From NCBI GenBank assembly GCA_041613315.1, contig JBFJHJ010000001.1:32001-96000 (forward strand): a stretch of 64,000 bases of DNA, read 5' to 3'. The notes under the pieces were generated by a model. It ran no database searches, was not told where the DNA came from, and worked only from the letters and a program-made list of their open reading frames with translations. Position numbers and translations under genes: made by a program. Below, piece by piece: positions 28,445 through 37,214 of the stretch (the first letter of the stretch is position 1; each line of letters begins with the position of its first letter). This DNA comes from Gemmatimonadales bacterium (GTDB lineage: Bacteria; Gemmatimonadota; Gemmatimonadetes; Gemmatimonadales; GWC2-71-9).

Positions 28445-29386
28445 TCAGCCCGCGGCGGCGACGGTTGCGCCGCGCTGCGCCGCCTCCCATCCCAACATCG
28501 CCTGCTTGCGCGCCGTGCCCCAGCGGTACCCGCCGAACGCACCCGTCGTGCGCAGTACTCGGTGACACGGGATGAGATACGCGACCGGGTTCCGACCCAC
28601 CGCCGACCCGACGGCCCGGGCCGCGCCGGGGCGGCCCGTCGCGCGGGCGAGATCCCCATAGGTCGTGGCCGCCCCTCGCGGGATGCGGAGAAGCGCCTCC
28701 CACACCTTGAGCTGGAAGTTCGTGCCGCGGAGCACGAGGGTGAGGGGCCGCCCGCCCTCGCCGCCGAAGATCCGCTCGCCGTAGGAGGCCGCCATCGCCT
28801 CGTGCTCGCGGATCACCGCCGCCGGCCACGCGCGCACGAGCCGGTCCACGGCCTCCCGGCGACTGCCGCCTTCGACAAACTCCAAGGCACAGACGCCCCG
28901 GTCTGTCGCGGCGATTACGCACTCGCCGAAGGGACTCGGGCGGAATCCGTAGCCGATCGTGAGGCCGCTGCCGGACGCCTTGTACTCGCCCGGGGTCACG
29001 GCCTCGACGGTGACGAAGAGATCGTGCAGGCGCCCCGGTCCCGACAGGCCACTTTCGTACGCGGCGGCCAACACCGAGCGTCCCTCGCGCAGCGCCTCCT
29101 TGGCGCGCTCGACCGTGAGGTACTGGAGAAATCGTTTCGGGCTCACGCCGGCCCACCGCCGGAAGAGCCGTTGAAAGTGGAAGTCGCTCAGGCCCACGGC
29201 CTCCGCCACCGCCCGGAGCGGCGGCTGTCGGTCGGCGTGCGCCTCCAGAAACCGGATCGCCGCTTCGATTCGGCGATAGTCGCGCAGCAGTTGCGGCCCG
29301 TGGGGCATGGATCGTCGCACCTCGAGGAAGCCGATCGCGGCAGAGACTCGACGATAGTCGCGTAACGCCTGATGCACGTCGCTCAC
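28445..29386 (-). CDS. AraC-HTH plus O6-methylguanine methyltransferase (Cada2/Ada-like, no zinc domain)
   Basis: HFQRLFRRWAGVSP HTH and active site IPCHRV. Alternative ATG at 29308. Confidence 0.9.
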   Translation of the reverse strand: MSDVHQALRDYRRVSAAIGFLEVRRSMPHGPQLLRDYRRIEAAIRFLEAHADRQPPLRAVAEAVGLSDFHFQRLFRRWAGVSPKRFLQYLTVERAKEALREGRSVLAAAYESGLSGPGRLHDLFVTVEAVTPGEYKASGSGLTIGYGFRPSPFGECVIAATDRGVCALEFVEGGSRREAVDRLVRAWPAAVIREHEAMAASYGERIFGGEGGRPLTLVLRGTNFQLKVWEALLRIPRGAATTYGDLARATGRPGAARAVGSAVGRNPVAYLIPCHRVLRTTGAFGGYRWGTARKQAMLGWEAAQRGATVAAAG

Positions 29387-29411
29387 GGCTGCCCCCTGCG
29401 GAAGTGCCTGC

Positions 29412-29452
29412 AAGGTGGAGGGGGCCCGGCGTGGCGACAACCCGATTCTTGC
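29412..29452 (-). promoter_or_regulatory. Candidate adaptive-response promoter with activator box
   Basis: Minus strand: GCAA-GAAT-CGG, then TTGTCG-17 nt-CACCTT. Confidence 0.5.
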
Positions 29453-29528
29453 GGCGCGGCGTGTGGGGGCCGCGGCCCGCTATCTCTCCGCCCGTCGCCG
29501 TGCTGCGAGGCTCGATCCCGGCGACCCG

Positions 29529-30440
29529 CTAGTGACCGCTCGGGGACGCGGCGACCGGCGCGGCGAAGTCGGTGAGATTCAGTTCCAGCAGCGACAGCCC
29601 GTTCACATTGACCAACCCGTAGCGGGTCGTCCAGTGAAGGTGCGGGCCCGTCACGCGGCCGGTTGCGCCGATCCTCCCGACGACCTGCCCCTGCTCGACG
29701 GTGTCGCCTTCAGCCACCAGCACCTCGCTCAGGTGCATGAGGGCCGACACGACCCCGGCGCCGTGATCGAGGTACATGATGTTGCCCGCATAGTAGAAGT
29801 CCCCGACCAGCGCCACGACGGCGCGGTTCGGGGCGCGGACCGGCGTTCCGGTGGTGCCGGAGAAATCCACTCCCCAGTGCCGGCTCTGGAGCCTGCCGTT
29901 GAACTCGCGGCCCGTCCCCCAGAGGCTCGTCACGCGTCCCGAGGCCGGCGGCTGGAACGAGCCGCGCCAGTAGCGGTCGGCCTCGAGCGACCGCCGGGAC
30001 ACCGCTCGCCCCGCCTCACGCTCCCGGGCCACGCGGGCGGCGGTCGCCGAGTCCAGCGGCTCGACGAAACGCGGCGCCACCGTCAGCTGCTCGATCCGGA
30101 AGTCGCCCCGGGCCACCGGCAACCGGACGAAGTGGTGGATCTCCGGGCCGCGCGCCGCCTCGACGATGAGCGTCATGGGGATGGTCTGGCCGGCGCCGAT
30201 GGGGATGCCGCCCACGGCGACAAACCGGCCACCGGCGTCCCGCTCGAACCGGAGCGGTTGGCCGGCCAGCGTGCCGCGCATCGCGCGCGTGCCGCTGTCG
30301 GGGCGTACGGACAGCACGACGAGCGAGCCTTGCGTCGGCGGGTCGGGGGTCCAGGTCACCCGCGGCGCCGCATTCTGGAGTGGGGCGGCCGCGCCCGCGA
30401 AGAGGAGGAGCGCGGCACCCGCGGCGATCCGTTTGATCAT
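29529..30440 (-). CDS. M23-family metallopeptidase, secreted
   Basis: HWGVD, LMHLS, TGRVTGPHLHW. Confidence 0.92.
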   Translation of the reverse strand: MIKRIAAGAALLLFAGAAAPLQNAAPRVTWTPDPPTQGSLVVLSVRPDSGTRAMRGTLAGQPLRFERDAGGRFVAVGGIPIGAGQTIPMTLIVEAARGPEIHHFVRLPVARGDFRIEQLTVAPRFVEPLDSATAARVAREREAGRAVSRRSLEADRYWRGSFQPPASGRVTSLWGTGREFNGRLQSRHWGVDFSGTTGTPVRAPNRAVVALVGDFYYAGNIMYLDHGAGVVSALMHLSEVLVAEGDTVEQGQVVGRIGATGRVTGPHLHWTTRYGLVNVNGLSLLELNLTDFAAPVAASPSGH

Positions 30441-30536
30441 GCTGCAAGATACACCGCTTGTGTCGCGGAGTGGCACTCCCCGCTAGCTTACAAGCGAATC
30501 CCCACCCGCCACCCGTTCTCCCAGGCTGGGCACGCC

Positions 30537-31364
30537 ATGCTCATTGATTGCCACGTGCACGTCAACAACTACGATGAACGCCGAACGCGATCCACGGAGG
30601 AGATCGCCCAGGACCTGTTTCGCACGATGGAGACGTGTGGCGTGGATCACGCCGTGGTCCTCACGTCGTACAAAGTGACCCCTCACCGCCCGCACGCGGA
30701 GAAGGTCATCGAGGTCATGGGCGACGATCCGCGCGTCACGATCGTCGAAGGGCTGCGGTGGCGGGAGCCCGAGCATCGCACGGACCTGTTCGCCCTGGAG
30801 GATCGGGTCCGCCAGGGCTTCGTGAAAGGGATCAAGCTGTATCCCGGATACGACAAGTACCCGATCAACGACCCGTCGCTGGAGAGCTTTTTCCATCTCG
30901 CCGCCAAGTACGATGTCCCGGTGATGATCCACACCGGCGACACGTACCACAAACGGGCCAAGGTGCGGCAGGCGCATCCCCTCCTCGTGGACGACGTGGC
31001 GGTCGACTACCCCGACGTCCGGTTCGTCATGTGCCACTTGGGCAATCCCTGGTTCGACGACACCGCGGCGGTGCTGTACAAGAACGAGAACGTCTACGCC
31101 GACATATCGGGGCTGACGCTCGGAGACTTCTCCGCCGAGTTCGAGCGACATACCCTCGCACGGCTGCGAGAGATGATTCAACTCATGGGAGATCCGAGCC
31201 GCCAGTTGTTGTTCGGTTCCGACTGGCCGCTCGTCGGAATGAAGAGTTACGTCAAGTTCTTCAACGGGTTGGACCTCACGGCGGAGCAGCGGGAGTGCGT
31301 GGCGTGGCGGACGGCCTCGCAGCTCTTCAAGATCGACGTCGAGCGCCTCCAGCACCGTTCATGA
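30537..31364 (+). CDS. Amidohydrolase family 2 (TIM-barrel) protein
   Basis: [30 protein letters not shown]. Confidence 0.9.
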   Translation: MLIDCHVHVNNYDERRTRSTEEIAQDLFRTMETCGVDHAVVLTSYKVTPHRPHAEKVIEVMGDDPRVTIVEGLRWREPEHRTDLFALEDRVRQGFVKGIKLYPGYDKYPINDPSLESFFHLAAKYDVPVMIHTGDTYHKRAKVRQAHPLLVDDVAVDYPDVRFVMCHLGNPWFDDTAAVLYKNENVYADISGLTLGDFSAEFERHTLARLREMIQLMGDPSRQLLFGSDWPLVGMKSYVKFFNGLDLTAEQRECVAWRTASQLFKIDVERLQHRS

Positions 31365-32827
31365 CCGCCGTTCGAGGCCGTTCCCTCTTCGACGCGTATG
31401 AACCGCTGGCAGGCGCGTACGACGAGGTGTTTGCCGGCCCCGGGCGGGTACGGTCCGAGGTGCAGCGCGTCGTGACCCTCCTCAACGCCGTAGACCGGGC
31501 GGAGTTCCAGGCGCGGCGCCGGCTGGCGGACGGAGCGTTCCTGAAACACGGCGTCACCTTCTCCGTGTCTGGCGGCGCCGAAGGGACGGAGCGGATCTTT
31601 CCGTTCGATCTCGTGCCGCGGATCGTGAGCGGGGAGGAGTGGGACCGCCTCGAACGGGGGCTCGTGCAGCGTGTGACGGCGCTCGACGCGTTCTTGCACG
31701 ACATCTACGGCGACCGCCGCATCCTGGCGGAGGGCGTGATCCCCGGGGAGATGGTGGAGGCGTCCCGAGGCTACCTGTCGCAGATGCGGGGCGTCTCGCC
31801 CCCCGGCGGCGTGTTCATCCACATCGCAGGGATCGATCTCATCCGTCGGCCCGACGGCGCATTCGTCGTCCTCGAGGACAACGTGCGGACCCCGTCTGGG
31901 GTGTCGTACGTGTTGGAGAACCGCTCGGTCATGAAGCGGGTGTTTCCCGGCGTGTTCCGCGAGGCGCAGGTGCGGCCGGTGGACGAGTATCCGGCGCGGC
32001 TCAAAGCGGCGCTCCTCTCCGTCGCGCCTCCGGGGGCGGAGCGTCCTCGCGCCGTGATTCTGACGCCCGGGCCATACAGCGCCGCGTACTTCGAGCACAG
32101 CTTCCTCGCCCGGCGCATGGGCTGCGAGCTCGTCGAGGGGCAAGACCTCTTCGTGCGAGACGATCGGGTCTTCGTCCGCACGACGCGCGGCCCGAGCCCG
32201 GTGGACGTGATCTACCGGCGCGTGGACGACGCCTTCCTCGACCCCGAGACCTTCCGCACCGACAGCCTCCTGGGCGTCCCCGGGCTCGTGCGGGTGTACC
32301 GCGCCGGTGGGGTGACGATCGCCAACGCCATCGGCAACGGCGTCGCGGATGACAAGGCGATGTATCCCTTCGTGCCCGACATGATCCGTTTCTACCTGGA
32401 TGAGGAACCCGTCCTGCAACAGGTGGAGACCTATGTCTGCCACCGGCCGAACGAGCTCGAGTACGTCTTGACGAACCTCGGGAGCCTCGTGGTCAAGGCC
32501 GTGGACGAGGCCGGGGGATACGGCATGCTGGTCGGTCCCCAGGCCAGTCGGAAGGCCATTACCGCCATGCGTCGGCGCATCCGGGCGGCCCCGCGGCGCT
32601 ACATCGCGCAGCCGCTGGTCGAGCTGTCCACCTGTCCGACGTGGACGGGACGGAGCATGGCGCCGCGCCGCGTAGACCTCCGGCCCTTCGTCGTCTCCGG
32701 CCGCGACCGCTGGGTGTTGCCAGGCGGCCTCACCCGCGTCGCGCTTCGCCCAGGATCGTATGTCGTGAACTCGAGCCAGGGCGGCGGGTCCAAAGACACC
32801 TGGGTGCTGGAGCCCCGCGACGCATGA
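31361..32827 (+). CDS. Circularly permuted type 2 ATP-grasp protein
   Basis: [53 protein letters not shown] overlap. Confidence 0.93.
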   Translation: MTAVRGRSLFDAYEPLAGAYDEVFAGPGRVRSEVQRVVTLLNAVDRAEFQARRRLADGAFLKHGVTFSVSGGAEGTERIFPFDLVPRIVSGEEWDRLERGLVQRVTALDAFLHDIYGDRRILAEGVIPGEMVEASRGYLSQMRGVSPPGGVFIHIAGIDLIRRPDGAFVVLEDNVRTPSGVSYVLENRSVMKRVFPGVFREAQVRPVDEYPARLKAALLSVAPPGAERPRAVILTPGPYSAAYFEHSFLARRMGCELVEGQDLFVRDDRVFVRTTRGPSPVDVIYRRVDDAFLDPETFRTDSLLGVPGLVRVYRAGGVTIANAIGNGVADDKAMYPFVPDMIRFYLDEEPVLQQVETYVCHRPNELEYVLTNLGSLVVKAVDEAGGYGMLVGPQASRKAITAMRRRIRAAPRRYIAQPLVELSTCPTWTGRSMAPRRVDLRPFVVSGRDRWVLPGGLTRVALRPGSYVVNSSQGGGSKDTWVLEPRDA

Positions 32828-33807
32828 TCTCGCGCGTGGCCGAGAGCTGCTTCTGGCTGCACCGGTACATGGAGCGGGTCGAGAACACGGCCCGCATGCT
32901 GCAGGTCAACGTCTGGTTCCTGTTGGATGTGGACCTGCCGGTGCTCAATCACTGGCGGCCGGCGCTCATCGTGGCAGGCGAAGACGCTCGGTTTCGGTCC
33001 CTGCACGACGAGTTGGCGGCGGACGACGCGGAGGCGGTGCAGGGGTATCTGGTATGGGACGAACGGAACCCGACGTCCGTCGTGCGCTCCCTCGGCGCGG
33101 CCCGCGAGCACGCGCGGACCATCCGCGACACCATCAGCCTCGAGGCCTGGGCGGCCGTGAACAGCTTCTGGCTGTGGCTGCGGGGCGGGGCGGGGCGGCG
33201 CCTCTACGGCCGGGATCGGCACGCGTTCTACGATCGGGTGCGCGAGTCCTGTTACATGTTCCATGGCGTGTGCGCCGATACCATGCTGTATAACGAGCCG
33301 TTCGACTTCATGCGGTTGGGCATGCTGCTGGAGCGCGCCGGCCAGACGGCCCGGATCCTGGACATCAAGTATCACAACCTCGGGCCGACCCACGCGGACC
33401 GCGAGTCGCCCGCGGAGGCAGCCCAGTGGCTCGCCATCCTCCGCTCGTGCTCCGCCACGGAACCGTTCTTCAAGCGCAGCGTAACGGGCCCGACGGGCCC
33501 GGCGGTCGCCGAATTCCTCCTGTTGGATGTTGTGTTCCCCCGGGCGGTCCTGTATTGCCTCAACCGCGCCTGGCACTTCCTGCAGCGGATCCGCCCCCCG
33601 GCGGAGGTGGAGATCGGTGCGCGCTCCGCCGAGCTGCTCGATAAGCTGGTGCGTCGGCTGCGGACGCAGACCATCGACCGATTGCTCGCGTCGGGGATTC
33701 ACGCCGAGCTCACCACGATGATAGACGGAACGGCGGAGGTGTGTGACGCCGTGGCCGCCGACTACTTCGCAGCCGACCTCGGTCAGGCCGCGGTCCTCGA
33801 CCCGTGA
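32824..33807 (+). CDS. Alpha-E domain protein
   Basis: [21 protein letters not shown] and [13 protein letters not shown] motifs; FPRA. Confidence 0.92.
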   Translation: MISRVAESCFWLHRYMERVENTARMLQVNVWFLLDVDLPVLNHWRPALIVAGEDARFRSLHDELAADDAEAVQGYLVWDERNPTSVVRSLGAAREHARTIRDTISLEAWAAVNSFWLWLRGGAGRRLYGRDRHAFYDRVRESCYMFHGVCADTMLYNEPFDFMRLGMLLERAGQTARILDIKYHNLGPTHADRESPAEAAQWLAILRSCSATEPFFKRSVTGPTGPAVAEFLLLDVVFPRAVLYCLNRAWHFLQRIRPPAEVEIGARSAELLDKLVRRLRTQTIDRLLASGIHAELTTMIDGTAEVCDAVAADYFAADLGQAAVLDP

Positions 33808-33832
33808 CCGCCGAGCCTCTCTTGGGGGCGCG

Positions 33833-34759
33833 ATGACCCCAGGCGCATCGACCGCCCAGGTCCTCTCGATCGTCCACGAGACGTGTTACCGATACGAGCG
33901 CCCGGTGCAGCACAGCAGCCACCTGTTCCGGCTCCGGCCCATCCAGGACGCCACCCAGCAGGTGCTGGAGCACACGCTCCAACTCGCGCCGGAGGGCGAG
34001 CGGTGGGAGTCCGAGGACATGTTCGGCAACCACGTGACTCATTTCGAGGTCGCGTCACCGTACACGACGCTGAGGATCGCGAGCCGTGCTCGGGTGCGGG
34101 TGCTGGCGCTCCCAGCTCTCGATCCGGCCGCCTCCCCGACGCGCCTCCTGGTCCCGTTGGCTTGGGATCGCGCCGCTCGCGAGCCGATGATGCCGTACCT
34201 GGCGCAGCCCGACCTTCCGCCCGCCCACCTGCGAGAGCTCGTCCAATACGCGATGGGTGTCGCGGAGCGGAACGACTACGACCTCACGGCTACCCTGCTC
34301 GACCTGACCAAGACGATCCAGCGGGATTACCAGTATGAGAAGGGCGCCACGAGCGTCGAGACGACGGCCTACGAGGCCTACGTGCAGCGACGCGGCGTGT
34401 GCCAGGACTTTGCCAACCTGCTGATCTGTTTCGCGCGCGGACTCGAGATCCCGGCCCGCTACCGGGTGGGCTACATCTGCACGGGCGGCGACTACGAGCA
34501 TCACCACCAGTCGGAGGCGTCACATGCCTGGGTCGAATGCTACGTCCCCTGGCATGGCTGGCGCGGGTTCGATCCCACCAACGGGTGCCTCACGGGCGTG
34601 GATCACGTGCGCGTGGCGGCGGGCCGCAACTATCGCGACGCGACGCCGACCTCGGGCACGATTCACGCCGGCGGCGGCGGCGAAGTCCTGGAAGTCTCGG
34701 TGCGGGTTGAACGACGCGAGGAGCGCCCGGCGGAGACCGGCGCCCGAAAGAGCCGCTGA
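33833..34759 (+). CDS. Transglutaminase-like protein
   Basis: GVCQDFA, ARY..GY, SHAWVE, FDPTN, GRNYRD. Confidence 0.92.
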   Translation: MTPGASTAQVLSIVHETCYRYERPVQHSSHLFRLRPIQDATQQVLEHTLQLAPEGERWESEDMFGNHVTHFEVASPYTTLRIASRARVRVLALPALDPAASPTRLLVPLAWDRAAREPMMPYLAQPDLPPAHLRELVQYAMGVAERNDYDLTATLLDLTKTIQRDYQYEKGATSVETTAYEAYVQRRGVCQDFANLLICFARGLEIPARYRVGYICTGGDYEHHHQSEASHAWVECYVPWHGWRGFDPTNGCLTGVDHVRVAAGRNYRDATPTSGTIHAGGGGEVLEVSVRVERREERPAETGARKSR

Positions 34760-34842
34760 CCGCCGTGCGACCGCACAGCGAAGCGCCGCGGCGGTGACGG
34801 CCGCGGCGCTCGTTGCTGCGGGAGACTGCTGGTCCTCGGGCG

Positions 34843-35235
34843 CTAGAAGCTCACGTGGGCCGACACTCGATAGATTCGCGCGGCGGCGCCGAGCCCCGGC
34901 ATCAGCCGGTCGAGCATGCGGCGCTCCGTCCGCGATGGGGTGACGGACGCGAGCAGAGTTGCCACGCCGACCGTCATGGGGACGCGGTCGGCCACGGTTG
35001 CGAACGACGCCACGAGGTCCGGCAGGGGCGCGGGCGCCTCAATGGGCAAGAGGTCCGGCCCCTCGGCCTCGGCGCGTGCCGCCGCCGCCCAGAGCGGCGA
35101 CGCGGCCACGGACCGCCCGGGCTCGGCCACGCGGATGCTCGCGAGCCCCTGGGCCGCCGCCGGGCGCATGACGCCCTGACCGGCGCACAGCGCGCCGATC
35201 GCAGCCAGGAAACAGAGCGTCCGGAAGTCGGTCAT
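34843..35235 (-). CDS. Hypothetical secreted protein
   Basis: Signal-like N-terminus ending AAAQ; C-terminal YRVSAHVSF. Confidence 0.55.
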   Translation of the reverse strand: MTDFRTLCFLAAIGALCAGQGVMRPAAAQGLASIRVAEPGRSVAASPLWAAAARAEAEGPDLLPIEAPAPLPDLVASFATVADRVPMTVGVATLLASVTPSRTERRMLDRLMPGLGAAARIYRVSAHVSF

Positions 35236-35433
35236 CGTCAGGTCCAGGGACTAAGCGGGTGGTCTGTGCCGATCCAAGGTGCTGGAGACCCGCCGCGGAC
35301 GCCGTGTGGCCGGTCACCGGGCAGACGTGAGGGGGCGCGGAACGGGCTATCTCACCCATTGGCAGTGGTTTGGATCGCATGGTGGGACATCCGGGAGGGC
35401 TGGATCGGAGTGTCCCCGTGTCGACCGCGCACC

Positions 35434-36141
35434 TCACCCGCGGCGCGCCGCCTCGACCCCGCCGAAGCGCCGCTCGCGCCGCTGGAACTCCGAGACCGCG
35501 AGCGCCAGGTCCGACCGCCGGAAATCGGGCCAGTAGACCTGCGAGAAGTAGAGCTCGGCGTACGCCAGCTCCCACAGGAGGAAATCGGAGATCCGCAGCT
35601 CGCCCGCGGTCCGGACCAGCAGATCTACATCCGGCACCCCGCCGGTGATCTCGTGGTGCATGGCCTGCAGCGCGACGGCGTCGCTCTCGGCCGCCCCGTT
35701 GCCCGAGATGGCGAGGCGGCGCGCAGCCTCGGCGATCGTCCAGCGCGCGCTGTAGTCGATGGCGAGCCTGAGGTGCAGCGTCGTCCCGCCATCGGTGGCG
35801 GCCTCCAGCGCTTCGAGCGCCGCCAGCGCTGAGCGCGGGAGCCGGTCGCGTCGACCGATCGCCGAGGTGCGGACACCGTTGGCGATCAGCTCGTCGCGCT
35901 CGCGTCGGCAGTATTCCCGCAGCAGCCAGAACAGCCGCGTCACTTCGCCCTTCGGTCGCTTCCAGTTGTCGCTCGAGAACGCGTACAGGGTGAGCGTCGT
36001 GACGCCCAGGTCCGGCGCCGCGCGCACGACATCGCGCACGCTTTCCACGCCCGCGAGGTGTCCGCGCCACCGGGGGAGGTTCTGGGCGCGTGCCCAACGG
36101 CCGTTCCCGTCCATGATGACCCCAACATGCAGCCCGCTCAT
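35434..36141 (-). CDS. uppS: Cis-prenyltransferase (undecaprenyl diphosphate synthase family)
   Basis: IMDGNGRW, YAFSSDNW, RTAGELRISDFLLW, RRFGG. Confidence 0.93.
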   Translation of the reverse strand: MSGLHVGVIMDGNGRWARAQNLPRWRGHLAGVESVRDVVRAAPDLGVTTLTLYAFSSDNWKRPKGEVTRLFWLLREYCRRERDELIANGVRTSAIGRRDRLPRSALAALEALEAATDGGTTLHLRLAIDYSARWTIAEAARRLAISGNGAAESDAVALQAMHHEITGGVPDVDLLVRTAGELRISDFLLWELAYAELYFSQVYWPDFRRSDLALAVSEFQRRERRFGGVEAARRG

Positions 36142-36461
36142 GAGCGCTCCAGCGCGTCCCGGGTCTCGGTCAGAATCGCCTCCATCGCCGCCAGATAGGT
36201 CTCCAGCGCGCGGCGGCCCTTGGGCGTGAGCCGGTACTCGGTCCGAGGTTTTCGGTCCTCGAAGCCCTTGGTCACCTTGATGTATCCTGCCTCCTCCAGC
36301 TTGCGGGCGTGCACGCTCAGGTTCCCGTCGCTGGTCTTCAGGATCTTCTTGAGATCGCCGAAGCTGAGCTGCTCCTCGGCCGCGAGGGCCGCGACGATGC
36401 CGAGCCGGATCCGCTCGTGGATCAGCCGGTCGAGCGTGTCCGAAACCGAGCTACCCGCCAT
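36138..36461 (-). CDS. Winged-helix transcriptional regulator (ArsR/MarR-like)
   Basis: LIHERIRLGI, DGNLSVHARKLEEAGY, LTPKG. Confidence 0.9.
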   Translation of the reverse strand: MAGSSVSDTLDRLIHERIRLGIVAALAAEEQLSFGDLKKILKTSDGNLSVHARKLEEAGYIKVTKGFEDRKPRTEYRLTPKGRRALETYLAAMEAILTETRDALERS

Positions 36462-37032
36462 GCCGGCCCACGATGTCGAGCCCGACCACGACGTGCAGCC
36501 CCCCGAACCCCGCGCCCAGGAGGAGCAAGCCCAACTCCGGCCGGAGCAGCGCCGCGGCCCCGAGTCCGATGAACGCGATCCCCATCCAGCGGATCGCGCG
36601 CACGGAGAACGTCCCGCCCGCGGTGACGCCGGCACCGTACAACGCCAGCCACGTGCCCGGTAGGAGATGAGTCACACCGCCCTCGGCGAGCGCGTAGGTG
36701 AGGAGCGCGCCGGCCGCGAGCGCCGGCACCATCACCCAGGCCACCTTGCGGAACGCGCCCGACCAGATAGGGACCTCGAGGCGCCGGGCCTTTCGGGCGT
36801 TGGCGACCGTGGCCACGGCGATCGACACCACGGCGGCCGGGATCCAGACGCGAAGATCCGTGGCGCGCCCGCCTCCCCAGGCGAGCCAGGCCGCCAGGAG
36901 TCCGACGGCCCCCACCGCGACGAGCCCCCACCCCGAAACCGCCGTCCAGGTGGACGCCGACTCCATCGTGCGGCGGATGTACGCCAGCGTCTCTTGGGCG
37001 CTCGTATGCTGCTCGTCGGTCGGAATGGTCAC
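36451..37032 (-). CDS. Multi-pass membrane protein
   Basis: L.YIR.TME N-terminus, about 6 hydrophobic segments, GFGGLH; overlaps the regulator gene. Confidence 0.8.
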   Translation of the reverse strand: MTIPTDEQHTSAQETLAYIRRTMESASTWTAVSGWGLVAVGAVGLLAAWLAWGGGRATDLRVWIPAAVVSIAVATVANARKARRLEVPIWSGAFRKVAWVMVPALAAGALLTYALAEGGVTHLLPGTWLALYGAGVTAGGTFSVRAIRWMGIAFIGLGAAALLRPELGLLLLGAGFGGLHVVVGLDIVGRHGG

Positions 37033-37050
37033 GTCGACCCCCGGGTAGAG

Positions 37051-37092
37051 TACTTTGCGGTATAAAGTATAGTATGGATTGGGGACTTGCAA
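37051..37092 (-). promoter_or_regulatory. Promoter with overlapping palindromic operator
   Basis: TTGCAA-17 nt-TACTTT. The -10 is one half of TACTTT-N7-AAAGTA (37051-37069). Confidence 0.7.
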
Positions 37093-37214
37093 AGGGGGGG
37101 CGTGCGATTTGGCCGCCCGCCAGCCGTCATCCGGCCCCCCCGGGGGGTCGCTGCGTCGTGGCGCGAGGGCGCGGGCGTCCGGATGAGCGACGGCGGACGG
37201 CCAATCGTCCGGGG

